Positions 47,696-58,788 of a DNA stretch of 64,000 nucleotides are shown here, in pieces. The translations under genes were made by a program, and so were the position numbers. The first letter of the stretch is position 1, and every line of letters begins with the position of its first letter. Source of the stretch: an uncultured Clostridia bacterium. GTDB taxonomy: Bacteria; Bacillota; Clostridia; TANB77; CAG-508. The stretch is taken from NCBI GenBank assembly GCA_928721915.1, contig CAKMVZ010000004.1, forward strand, positions 35,553-99,552, in the 5' to 3' direction. Below the pieces are notes generated by a model that worked only from the letters and a program-made list of their open reading frames with translations, was not told the DNA's origin and did not search any database.

Positions 47696-49759
47696 TTATT
47701 TTTCTCTTTCTTCTAATTTAGATAATATTTCTAAAATTTTTTTAGATGCTAAAATTTTTTCTTTACAATCCAAGGCTATACTTTTATCAATAGTTTTTCC
47801 TTTATGTGCTGATTCATTTCTAGGTTTACTAATTTTTTTTAAATATTCACGTAACTTTTTATATGTTTCTTCATCTAATATATAATATTTACTAAAATAT
47901 CTATCATATAAATATTTCGACAAATTATAATTACCATTAGTGTAATTTTCCATATCATTAAAGATTCCAACAGTTATATCTTTCTGTCTTTTTAATTTAA
48001 AATGTAATTCATTACCATTAGAATTAATTCTTTTGAAATCTTCTTCAATTTTACATTTGTCGTCGTAGCTAATTATTTCATTAGAAAATAATTTCTCGTA
48101 AAGTGCAGTTTCGACAGCTTTACTCCATTCCACAACTACATTTGAAAAATCCATATCCATTTTATTAAAAGTGCTCATAATTTTATCACCTGTTGCTATA
48201 TATTTTTTTATATATTCTCTGTTTTCTTTTTTAAAATTATTAAATTTAATATTATTATAAATATTCTCCACATCGTCAATATCAAATTGATTAACAAGTT
48301 TCATATCGTCTATTTTTTCTCCAAGTTTATTAAATGCATTATTCACTTCTTCAATATTATCAATATTGTCTATTTTATAACCATTTAAGTCTTCTGCCAT
48401 TTTTATAAATCTACACTTTAAAATGAAATCATCAATACCATACCCATCTTTAAAATATAATAAAAATTCATATAATTTATTAGCATTTTCTTGATTCTTA
48501 AAATGCATAAAATAATAATAACAATCTATATAAAATTTTAACAATACCTTTATATTCTTCCTAATTGTTGGTACAATATCTAATTTAGAAAAATAATTGT
48601 AAAGTAATATTTTATCTTCACTAGATAATATATCAGATAATAACTTTTTTTGTTTATGCATTTCATCTTCATCATATTTATATTTTTTCCCCAGAACTAT
48701 CCATATTAATTCAATAATCATATGTTCGGATTTATAAGATGAATCTTTTAAGTATTTAAATAGTGGTAATTCCTTTTCAAAAATTTTAGATGCTTCTTCA
48801 AACTTTTTATTAGAAACATAATATTCAAAACTTATATATCTTAAAAAAGAAATAAACTCATTATCTACTTTTTCATAAAGTGAAGTAGGTATATCCCAAA
48901 CACTATAATCTTTTTCCAAATGCACAAAAATTCGAGAGCAATATTCCTTTAAATTCAAATGGTATAGGTAATTAAATGAATAAAGTGTTTTCCCTTCAAT
49001 GTTGTCCATATTTTCTTTAATAAACAAAATATACTCATTTATTTTTTCTATAATTTGATTTAAATCTATTATTTTTTCCTTACATTGTTCTTGATAATAT
49101 TCAGTATAATTCAAATATATATTTTTGATTCCCAATAAAATTATTAATCTTAGTAATATTTGTTCTTCGATAGTAAGGAATTTATATTCTTCATGATATT
49201 TTAGAAAATCTGTACATTTTCTAATGTCTTTAATTCCTATATCATTATAGTTTATGTTTTCACATATAACTTGAATATAATCATATTCTTTAAACTTAAC
49301 ATTTAACGGTTCATTTTTTCTAAGATTATTAAGCTCTTTAGAATACATAGCATGTATATTTTTTAATTCATCATCGTTTATTCCATTATTTAATTTATTT
49401 TTTAGTATATAGTCAATTTGTTCTAAATAGTCTAAGTCATTTTCAATATTTGGTTTCGAATAGAAATATATATACTTATTATCTTCTATTTTAAAATAAT
49501 ATATTCTTTTAAATTCTTTTGATTCAACAACTTTGTCAAAAGTTTCTTTATTATGATTAATTTCTTCGCTTTTAATAATATACAAAAAAATGCATTCTTT
49601 TGTTATACTATAAATTTTACTGTTTTCATCTTCTAATTTGATGATATCGTCCATAATTCTTTCTAAATCAACTTTAGTAATTAAATTTTGAAAATTATTA
49701 TACAAAATATCAATTAATTCATTTTTTGTAACCACTGGATTATAATCATTTTCTAACAT
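47696..49759 (-). CDS. large hypothetical protein with C-terminal Rx4H (HEPN-like) motif
   Basis: 687 aa. RNESAHKG lies about 40 aa from the C-terminus within predicted helices. The rest is unrecognised. Confidence 0.4.
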   Translation of the reverse strand: MLENDYNPVVTKNELIDILYNNFQNLITKVDLERIMDDIIKLEDENSKIYSITKECIFLYIIKSEEINHNKETFDKVVESKEFKRIYYFKIEDNKYIYFYSKPNIENDLDYLEQIDYILKNKLNNGINDDELKNIHAMYSKELNNLRKNEPLNVKFKEYDYIQVICENINYNDIGIKDIRKCTDFLKYHEEYKFLTIEEQILLRLIILLGIKNIYLNYTEYYQEQCKEKIIDLNQIIEKINEYILFIKENMDNIEGKTLYSFNYLYHLNLKEYCSRIFVHLEKDYSVWDIPTSLYEKVDNEFISFLRYISFEYYVSNKKFEEASKIFEKELPLFKYLKDSSYKSEHMIIELIWIVLGKKYKYDEDEMHKQKKLLSDILSSEDKILLYNYFSKLDIVPTIRKNIKVLLKFYIDCYYYFMHFKNQENANKLYEFLLYFKDGYGIDDFILKCRFIKMAEDLNGYKIDNIDNIEEVNNAFNKLGEKIDDMKLVNQFDIDDVENIYNNIKFNNFKKENREYIKKYIATGDKIMSTFNKMDMDFSNVVVEWSKAVETALYEKLFSNEIISYDDKCKIEEDFKRINSNGNELHFKLKRQKDITVGIFNDMENYTNGNYNLSKYLYDRYFSKYYILDEETYKKLREYLKKISKPRNESAHKGKTIDKSIALDCKEKILASKKILEILSKLEEREK

Positions 49760-50218
49760 AATACCTACCTACTTTCAGATCAATTTTTTTACTAAAATTA
49801 TATTATCATAAACAATAGTAACTATCAATATAATTATTATTGTACTAAAAAATAATCTCCCAGCGGGCTAAAAAGGTATTAGGAGAAAATCTCCTAAACA
49901 GCGAAAAGGGTGTCAAGTCACCAAGCTGGCGACTTTTAGACAGTATAAAATGCCACATTATAATTTAATGAAATATTACTTGAAAAATTTTGTTAAAAGA
50001 AAGATTGTTAAAATTATAAATTAACAATCTTTTTTTGTGCCCTTTTTTCTTTTTATGTACCCATTTAAACAATAAATAATAAAAATAAAATATAATAGCC
50101 TCATAACATAAAAACAGATTTAATATTTTAAAGAAATAGAATAACTCATAAATACAACTTTTAAATTATATGAATATCATTTTATTATAATAATAAATAT
50201 TATTAAGAGGTGTATATT

Positions 50219-50368
50219 TTGAAAAAAGACGAGATAAAAATATACTGTAAATTTAATAAAACAAAGACATCAATAGATAAAGTAATTTGCAAAATGTTTT
50301 GTGATTTTGTTGAAAGCAAAAAACTTCATAAAAATATTGAAAAAAGAGCTGACAAAAATCAAAGATAA
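50219..50368 (+). CDS. small ORF (49 aa) upstream of the recombinase
   Basis: TTG start after AAGAGG. Lys-rich. Too short for the ORF track. Confidence 0.25.
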   Translation: MKKDEIKIYCKFNKTKTSIDKVICKMFCDFVESKKLHKNIEKRADKNQR

Positions 50369-50415
50369 GGTTAGAATAATTTTGAATAGTAAATATTTTT
50401 ATGGGAAGGAGTGGT

Positions 50416-52087
50416 ATGTTTAAGCTAATATCTAAAAATTATAAAGTACGGAATGTATATTAGATTATCTCGTGAAGATGGAGATAAACAGGAAAGTGAA
50501 AGTATTGGAAATCAAAGAAAAATTATTGAAAGATACTTAAAAGAGCAAAATTTAAATATTGTAGATGAATATGTTGATGACGGAGTATCTGGAACAATAT
50601 TTGACAGACCACAGTTTAATAGATTAATTGCAGATATAGAAGCACGGCAAAATAAATATGGTAGTAACTAAAGACTTATCTAGACTTGGCAGAGATTACA
50701 TTAAAACAGGATATTATATAGAAAACTATTTTCCAGAAAATAAAATCAGATATGTTTCAATATTAGATGGTATAGATACTTATAATGAAACAATAAATAA
50801 TGATATTACTCCATTTAAGGCTATTTTAAATGATATGTATGCAAAAGATATATCTAAAAAAATAAGAAGTGTTTTTAAAGAAAAGCAACAGCAAGGAGAA
50901 TATTTATGTAGCACATCTGCATATCGGATATAAAAAAGATTTGAATAACAAAAATAAATTAGTTATAGATTTTAATGTCGCTGATATAGTTAAGAAAATA
51001 TTTGATATGTATGCAAATGGAACGGGAACTAAACTAATAGTACAATATTTAAATGATAATCATTATTTAAGTCCATTAGGATATAGAAAGACAGGAATTG
51101 TTCAGGATAAACATAGAACCAATTATTTATGGAATGCAACAACACTATGCAATATGCTAAAAAATGAGGTGTATATAGGTAATACAGTTCAAAATAAGGT
51201 ATCTGTTATTTCTTATAAAGTAAAAAAACTTCGTAAAGTAGAAAAGGAAAATTATATAAGGGTTAACGATACGCATGAACCCTTAATTAATAAAGACATA
51301 TTTGAAAAAGTTCAAGTAATACATAAAGCAAGAAGTAAAAGAGTTATAAAACAATATGATTATTTATTGAGAGGTTTGCTTTATTGCAGACATTGTCGGT
51401 TGGCAGATGCAAATTGTATTAAAAGTTAATCATCATAGTAATCGTCCAAAGATTCCATACATAGTAGATGCCGATTATAAAAAAAGAAATTGCTATGCTA
51501 GAAATTTAAATTACTTAAAATTTGAAAATAAAATTATAGAAACAGTAAGGCAAGTATGTAAAATATATGTAAATCGTAGTTTGCTAGAAGATACATATAA
51601 AAAGGCAAAAAATAAATCTATAGATATATTATCAGCTACTAAAAAACAAATTGAAGAAATGGATATTAATATAGCAGATATTAATAGAAAATTAGATAAT
51701 TTATATGAAGATAAACTAAACGGATTATTGATGGATATAGATTTTAAAAGAATTTCTGAAAAATTTATATTAGAAAGAGAAAAGCTAATTAATGAAAAAA
51801 GTAAATTAACGGATAGATTGCAAGAATTTCAAGGTCATCAATTAGCAAACAATAAAAGCGATGAAAAGCAAATGAATAAAATAATTAATGAGTTTCTAGA
51901 AATGAGGGAAATAAGTAAATCTTGTTTATTTAGACTTATCGATAAAATAGAGATAGACAAAGATAAAAATGTATTTATAACATTTAATTTTGCTCCATTA
52001 AATACAATAAATGAAAATATAGATGAATTTATTGAAATAGACGAATTTTTAAATAATGACAAATCATTTAAAAGTAATGTTGTATAA
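50416..52087 (+). CDS. large serine recombinase whose frame is broken four times, each at an in-frame CGG (50449, 50645, 50925, 51397)
   Basis: GGAAGGAG RBS then ATG 50416. With the four C residues skipped it reads MFKLISKNYKVGMYIRLSREDGD...IEAGKINMVVTKDLSRLGRDY...SAYGYKKD...CRHCGWQMQIVLKV... This gives the resolvase catalytic Ser, a recombinase domain, a zinc ribbon and a coiled coil. Confidence 0.7.
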
Positions 52088-52146
52088 AATAAATACAAGA
52101 TTATGTAAGTGTAGAAAAATACTACATTATTTTTTTAAAATAAAAA

Positions 52147-52163
52147 ATGGAAGTTAATAAAAC
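52147..52163. repeat. right inner inverted repeat (attP-arm-like)
   Basis: ATGGAAGTTAATAAAAC; see 45292-45308. Confidence 0.75.
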
Positions 52164-52166
52164 TTT

Positions 52167-52983
52167 CACCTAAGATATTGGCTTTCCAGCCTTTTGGAAA
52201 TGGAATGTCTGGGTAGGAGTCGGATATTTTTTTGGCGTTATTGTATATTGTAGAGTTTTGAGGGTATTTTCCTGTTACTAAATCTACACCATCTAAGTTA
52301 ATCATTGGTACTAAATATAATGAATAATTGTTAAATAAATACTTTGCAGGATAACCATAAATATTTAAATCATTTACATATGATTTTGATAAAATTTCTA
52401 GAAATTTCATAAGTAAAACAGATGTAATCCACTCATTTGCATGAATCGACGCACTATAAAAGATTTCTTTAGATCCACTTCCAAATTTAATATAAGAAAT
52501 TGATTTTCCTAAAACAGTTTTTCCAATTTCACCAAATTCAAGGAAAGGATAAATTTTTTTCATAGCTGAAATATTTAAATCTAGAACTTTTGATGTATAG
52601 CTAATATTTGTTGGAACTATACTACCAAATGGAATTATTATTTTATCATCTATTTTTAAGTTATTTGCAGAAATGTTTGGATTAGCTGTTGTTATTGCTG
52701 CAACTGTTGTTCCAAATTTATTTGCTAGATTAAAAAGTGTATCTCCAGATTTTACAATGTAGTTTGTATATCCATTAATATATGGCATAAGTGCATCCCA
52801 AGTTTTTGGACCTACAATTCCATCTGGAGATAATCCAAATTCTTTTTGAAAATTTATAACTGCATTTTGAGTTTCATTTCCAAAAATCCCATCTATATTT
52901 CCTCTATAAAATCCTATTTTTTTTAGTGTTGATTGTAATAATTCTACATCTGGTCCTTTAGAATTTATTTTTAAAGTTTCCAT
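52167..52983 (-). pseudogene. N-terminal half of the split M14 peptidase gene (PG-binding, LysM and start of the M14 domain)
   Basis: A PG_binding_1-like repeat ([17 protein letters not shown]...DGIFG), a LysM ([17 protein letters not shown]) and the M14 HxxE (HANEW). The authentic sequence ends at ...[10 protein letters not shown] and then runs into element DNA. Confidence 0.8.
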
Positions 52984-53049
52984 ATTTTACCTCCATTTTA
53001 AGCTTTTATAGCTTTTTATAGTATAATATGAAAAAAGGTCGAAATATGT

Positions 53050-54844
53050 TTATAAACTTTGTTTAAATTCTGAAATTGCATTTAAAAATTCATTTCCATA
53101 ATTTTCCATTTTAAATTCACCAACTCCGACTAATTTTAAGCATCTCATCTCGTGAAATTGGCATAAATGTAGCCATTTGTTTTAAAGAAATATCTGAAAA
53201 AATGATAAAAGGTGGAACATTATTTTTAGAGGCAATGTCTTTTCTAATTTTTCTTAAGATTTCAAATAAGTCGTGGTTAAAATTAGTGTTTTCGGGTTCT
53301 ATTTTATATTCTTTTTCAAGTTTTTTCTTTATAAATACTTTTTTTCCTTCAAATAAAATAGAACGTGATTTTTCTGCTAAACATAAAACAGGATATTTAT
53401 TTCCGTGTTGTTTTAATATAGTTTTCTGCAATTAAAAATGAAATTAAATCTTTAATTGTATTTTTAGAATATTCTTTCATAATTCCAAATGTAGATAATT
53501 CAGTAAAGCCGAAAGAGCGGATTTTGCTACTGTTAGAACCTTTTAAAATATCTGTAATAATTCCTGTTCCAAAACGTTCATGAACTCTTTTAATACAAGA
53601 TAAAATTTTTTGGCTATCAATAGTAATGTCTGTAATTTGAGTTGTAGAATTACAATTAGAACAAAAATCACAAGTTTCAAAATTAGTTTTTTCTCCAAAA
53701 TATTCTAAAATATATTTTCTAAGGCAACCGCTTGTATTACAATAATCAATAATTTCATTAAGTTTTTGATATTCATTTGATTGATTTTGACTTTCGCTTT
53801 TTTCAATTAAAAATTTATTTGTTATAATATCGCTTCTAGAAAATAATAAAATACATTCTGAGATTTCTCCATCACGTCCTGCTCTTCCGAGCTTCTTGAT
53901 AGTAACTTTCTAAGTCTTGTGGCATATTATAATGAATTACAAATCTTACATTTGATTTATCAATTCCCATTCCAAAAGCATTTGTAGCTATGATTATATC
54001 CTTTTTATCAAATATAAAATCTTCTTGAGATTTTGTTCTATCTTTTTCACTCATTCCGGCATGATATTTACAGACATTAAAATTTTTGTTATTTAAACTT
54101 TCAAAAAGATTATCTACATTTTTTCTTGTTGAACAATAAATAATGCCTGATTTATTAGGATGATTTTTTATGTAGTCAACTATAAAGTCAGTTTTTCTAC
54201 TAGGTGTTTGTACTGAAAAATATAGATTTTTTCTATCAAATCCAGTTATTAAAGTAAAAGGTTTTTTTAATTCTAATAATTCTATAATATCTTTTTTAAC
54301 AAGTTCTGTAGCAGTTGCAGTAAAAGCAACAACAATTGGTCTTTTAGATAACTTTTTAATAACATTTGCAATTTTTCTATAGCTTGGTCTAAAATCATGT
54401 CCCCATCTAGAAACACAATGAGCTTCATCAATTGCAATCATAGCAATATCTATAGTGTTTAGTAAATTTATAAATATTTCAGATTCTAATCTTTCAGGAG
54501 CGACATATATTATTTTATAAATATTATGAGATATATTATCAATAGTTTGAGAATAATCTTTTTCTGATAATGTACTGTTTAGATAAGTTGAAGAAATTCC
54601 AATTTGATTTAATGAATCTACTTGATCTTTCATAAGTGATATAAGTGGAGAAATAACAATTGTAATTCCTTTAAAAATGCATGCAGGAATTTGATAGCAA
54701 ATTGATTTTCCGTGCTCCAGTTGGCATTATTCCAAGGCAGTCTTCATTGTTTAAAATATGTGAAATAATTTCTTTTTGGCCATTTCTAAAATTTTCATAG
54801 CCAAAATAAGTTTGTAATATTTCTTCTGGTGTACTTAAATTCAT
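53050..54844 (-). CDS. recQ: ATP-dependent DNA helicase RecQ; frame broken four times, each at an in-frame CGG
   Basis: Skipping the C at 54712, 53889, 53405 and 53128 gives one 596-codon reading. It has PTGAGKS, DEAH (IDEAHC), the RecQ zinc-cysteine cluster and a C-terminal HRDC region. No other stops or indels are present. Confidence 0.8.
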
Positions 54845-54952
54845 GATACCTCTCTTTCTTTAGAGTAAATATTTTGTAAAATTAGATAACTAAAATTATA
54901 TCATTAAAGCACCGCAAAATCAATACTTTGGAGTTTTCACTTTAAGTGAATG

Positions 54953-55849
54953 CTATAAAGAAATATTACCTATAATATTTAATATATCATTTGGAATTGG
55001 AGCAGTTATAATTTCTTTATTATTATTAAAATTTATAAATTCTATTTTATAACTATGAAGAGCTTGTCTATTAATTAAATCTTTATTTCCGCCATATAAA
55101 TCGTCTCCTAGAAGAGGATGACCAATTGCCGAAAAATGAACACGAATTTGATGAGTTCTTCCTGTTTCTAATTCACATAAAATAGCGGAGATTTTTTTAT
55201 CATTTAAAATTATTTCTTTTTTTACTTCATAATTTGTAATTGCAGTATTACCAAAGTTAGATATTTCACGCTCCATTATACTTCCTTGTTTTCTTGCAAT
55301 TGGCTTAATTATACTTCCTTTTTTATTTTTTAAAAAACCTTCTACAATTGCTATGTAATATTTTTTAAAAGTGTTTTGCTTCATTTGTCTTATAAAATTT
55401 TCTTGAATGTATTCATTTTTAGCAAAAATTACAATTCCTGTGGTGTCTGTATCAATTCTATTTACTGGTCTTATTTTCTTTTTTAAACCTATTGCATCAA
55501 AATAAAATTTAACGGCATTTGATAATGTATCTGAAAAATGGTAGCAAGAAGGATGAACTGGCATATTAGCTGGTTTATTTACAATAATATATTCGTCATT
55601 TTCTTTTAAAATATCTAATTTAAATTTTGTAGGAATAATATTTTCACTTTCTTCATTATAATTTAAATTAACATTAATTATATCTCCATTATGTATTTTC
55701 TCATTTACAAAACATGGAATATTATTTAAAAAAATTGCATTTTTATTTTTTAGTTTTGCAAGTAATCTATGAGAAATTTTAAAATAAGAAATTAAAACTT
55801 CTTTTACGGTACTATAAGAATTTTTATTTACAATATATGTAAGTATCAT
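54953..55849 (-). CDS. RluA-family 23S rRNA/tRNA pseudouridine synthase
   Basis: N-terminal S4-like region, HRLD-equivalent NRIDTDTTG and the HQIRVH motif. Confidence 0.85.
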   Translation of the reverse strand: MILTYIVNKNSYSTVKEVLISYFKISHRLLAKLKNKNAIFLNNIPCFVNEKIHNGDIINVNLNYNEESENIIPTKFKLDILKENDEYIIVNKPANMPVHPSCYHFSDTLSNAVKFYFDAIGLKKKIRPVNRIDTDTTGIVIFAKNEYIQENFIRQMKQNTFKKYYIAIVEGFLKNKKGSIIKPIARKQGSIMEREISNFGNTAITNYEVKKEIILNDKKISAILCELETGRTHQIRVHFSAIGHPLLGDDLYGGNKDLINRQALHSYKIEFINFNNNKEIITAPIPNDILNIIGNISL

Positions 55850-56066
55850 ACTTTTCTCCTATAAAAATTTGTATTATTTTAACATATATTTTCCAAAAAA
55901 TAAAATATTTTTAAAATGTTAGCACTCTTGTATTGACTTTGCTAAAAAATAATGCTATAATATAATTCGTAAAAAGGAAGATAAATTAAAATAAGTGTTT
56001 AGAGAAATTTCTAAATACTTATTTTTAAATATTTATTAGTTATAAAGATAGAAAGGAGTGATTTTT

Positions 56067-58663
56067 ATGAATTTGCAAAAATTTACTCAAAAATCAATAG
56101 AAGCTATTCAAAATGCTCAAAATCTTACAATAGAAAATCATAATTCACAAGTTGAACAAGAGCATATTTTATTAGCTTTAATTGAGCAATCTGATAGTTT
56201 AATAAAAGAATTATTAAAGAAAATGAATGTCTCAGATGAATTCACAAATGAAATAAAGAAAAATATTGAAAACAAACCTAAAATGATGAGTGCAAATTTA
56301 AATCAATCTGAAAATATTTATGTTTCAAATGATACAAATATATGTTTAAATAAGGCAGAAGAAATTGCTAAAAATATGAAAGATGAATATGTTTCAGTTG
56401 AGCATATTATGATTTCTTTAATTGAAAATGCTAATCAAAATTTAAAATCATTATTTAAAAAATATAATATTACAAAAAATGCTTTTTTAAAGGTTTTATC
56501 AAGTGTTAGAGGTAATACTAGAGTAACAACTGATAATCCAGAGTCAACATATAATGTTTTAGAAAAATATGGTCAAGATTTAACTAAACTTGCAAGAGAA
56601 CAAAAATTAGACCCTGTTATTGGTAGAGATACAGAAATTAGAAATGTTATTAGAATTTTATCAAGAAAAACTAAAAATAATCCATGTTTAATCGGTGAAC
56701 CTGGTGTTGGTAAAACTGCTATAGCAGAAGGTTTGGCATTAAGAATTGTAAGAGGAGATGTTCCAGAAGATTTAAAAAATAAAACTATATTTTCTCTTGA
56801 TATGGGTTCTTTAGTTGCTGGTGCAAAATATAGAGGAGAATTTGAAGAAAGATTAAAAGCAGTTTTGCAAGAAATTAGAAAAAGCAATGGCGAAATAATT
56901 TTATTTATAGATGAAATTCATACCATAGTTGGAGCTCGGAAAAACAGATGGAGCAATGGACGCTGGAAATCTTTTAAAACCAATGCTTGCACGACGGAGA
57001 ACTTCATTGCATAGGTGCTACAACTTTAAATGAATATAGACAATATATTGAAAAAGATAAGGCACTAGAAAGACGTTTTCAAACTGTAATGGTAGATGAA
57101 CCAACTGTTGAAGATACTATTGCTATCTTAAGAGGTTTAAAAGAAAGATATGAAGTTTATCATGGTGTAAAAATTGCTGATAATAGCTTGATTGCAGCTG
57201 CTACTTTGTCACATAGATATATTACAGATAGATTTTTACCAGATAAAGCTATAGACTTAGTTGATGAAGCATGCGCAATGATTAAAACTGAAATGCAATC
57301 AATGCCAACAGAGCTTGATGAAGTTTCAAGAAAAATAATGCAATTAGAAATTGAAGAAACTGCTTTATCAAAAGAAACAGATGAAATTTCAAAACAAAGA
57401 TTATCTGATATTCAAAAAGAAAAATCAGAACTTAAAGAAAAGTTTGGAAGTATGAAAGCAAAATGGGAAAATGAAAAACAGGCTATTGGAAAAGTTCAAA
57501 AATTACGTGAAGAAATAGAAAATGTAAATAGTGAAATTGAAAAAGCAGAAAGAAATTATGAATTAAATAAACTTGCTGAATTAAAATATGGCAAGCTTCC
57601 TGAACTTCAAAAACAATTAGAAGAAGAGGAAGAAGTGACTGAAAAGAGTAAAGAAGATGGACTTTTAAGAAATAAAGTGACAGAAGATGAAATCACAAAA
57701 ATTGTTTCAAGATGGACTGGGATTCCTGTAACTAAACTTATGGAAGGCGAAAGAGAAAAAATTTTGAATCTTGATAAAATTTTACATAAAAGAGTTATTG
57801 GACAAGATGAAGCAGTAGAAAAAGTAACAGAAGCTATAATGCGTTCAAGAGCAGGTATTGCAGACCCAACAAGACCAATTGGTTCATTTATGTTCTTAGG
57901 TCCCACTGGTGTTGGTAAAACTGAACTTGCTAAAAGTTTGGCTGAGAGCTTATTTGATGATGAAAAAAATATGATAAGGATTGATATGAGTGAATATATG
58001 GAAAAATTCTCAGTATCAAGATTAATTGGTGCTCCTCCAGGATATGTTGGATATGAAGAAGGAGGACAGCTAACTGAAGCTGTAAGAAGAAAACCATACT
58101 CTGTAGTTTTATTTGATGAAATTGAAAAAGCTCATCCTGATGTATTTAACATATTACTTCAAGTTTTAGATGATGGTAGAATTACAGATTCACAAGGAAG
58201 AACAGTTGATTTTAAAAATACTATAATTATTTTAACTTCAAATTTAGGTTCTGAATTTATTTTAGAGGGAATTAATGAAAACGGAGAAATTTCTGAAGAA
58301 GCAAGAAATAAAGTCCAAAATTTGCTAAAAAAGAGCTTTAGACCTGAATTTTTAAATCGTTTAGATGAAATAGTATTTTATAAACCACTTCAAAAAACCG
58401 AGGTTTCAAAAATTTTAGATTTATTAATTGTAGATTTAGAAAAAAGGTTAGATGATAAACATTTAAAATTACAATTAAGTGGTAAAGCAAAAGATTATCT
58501 AATAAATAATGGATACGATCCAGTTTATGGCGCAAGACCTTTAAAAAGATTTGTTCAGAAAAAACTAGAAACTTTGATTGCAAGAAAAATTTTAGAAAGA
58601 AAAATCATGCCAAATTCAACTATAAATATTGATTTTGAAAATAATGAACTAATTGTGAAATAA
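56067..58663 (+). CDS. clpB: ATP-dependent chaperone ClpB; frame broken twice, each at an in-frame CGG (56937, 56995)
   Basis: Clp N-domain, Walker [10 protein letters not shown], a second Walker A GPTGVGKT and a coiled-coil M-domain. Skipping the two C residues restores [36 protein letters not shown]. Confidence 0.85.
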
Positions 58664-58788
58664 TAGTGAAAATCTTGTAAAAAGATTGTGAAATTAGTTG
58701 ACTTCTATTTTAAAAATTAATATAAATATAAATGAATTCTCCTATAAAAAATAGGAGAATTTTAATTTTTATAATGGAGTAAAGATAA

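Larger units (their letters stand above)
45283..52171. mobile_element. ~6.9 kb serine-recombinase integrative element inserted in the M14 peptidase gene
   Basis: It is bounded by a 5-bp direct core CACCT (45283-45287 and 52167-52171). Just inside lie 17-bp inverted repeats (45292-45308 and 52147-52163, 16/17 matching). Deleting one core plus the interior restores ...GWKANILG|VDLNLQFP... Confidence 0.8.
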
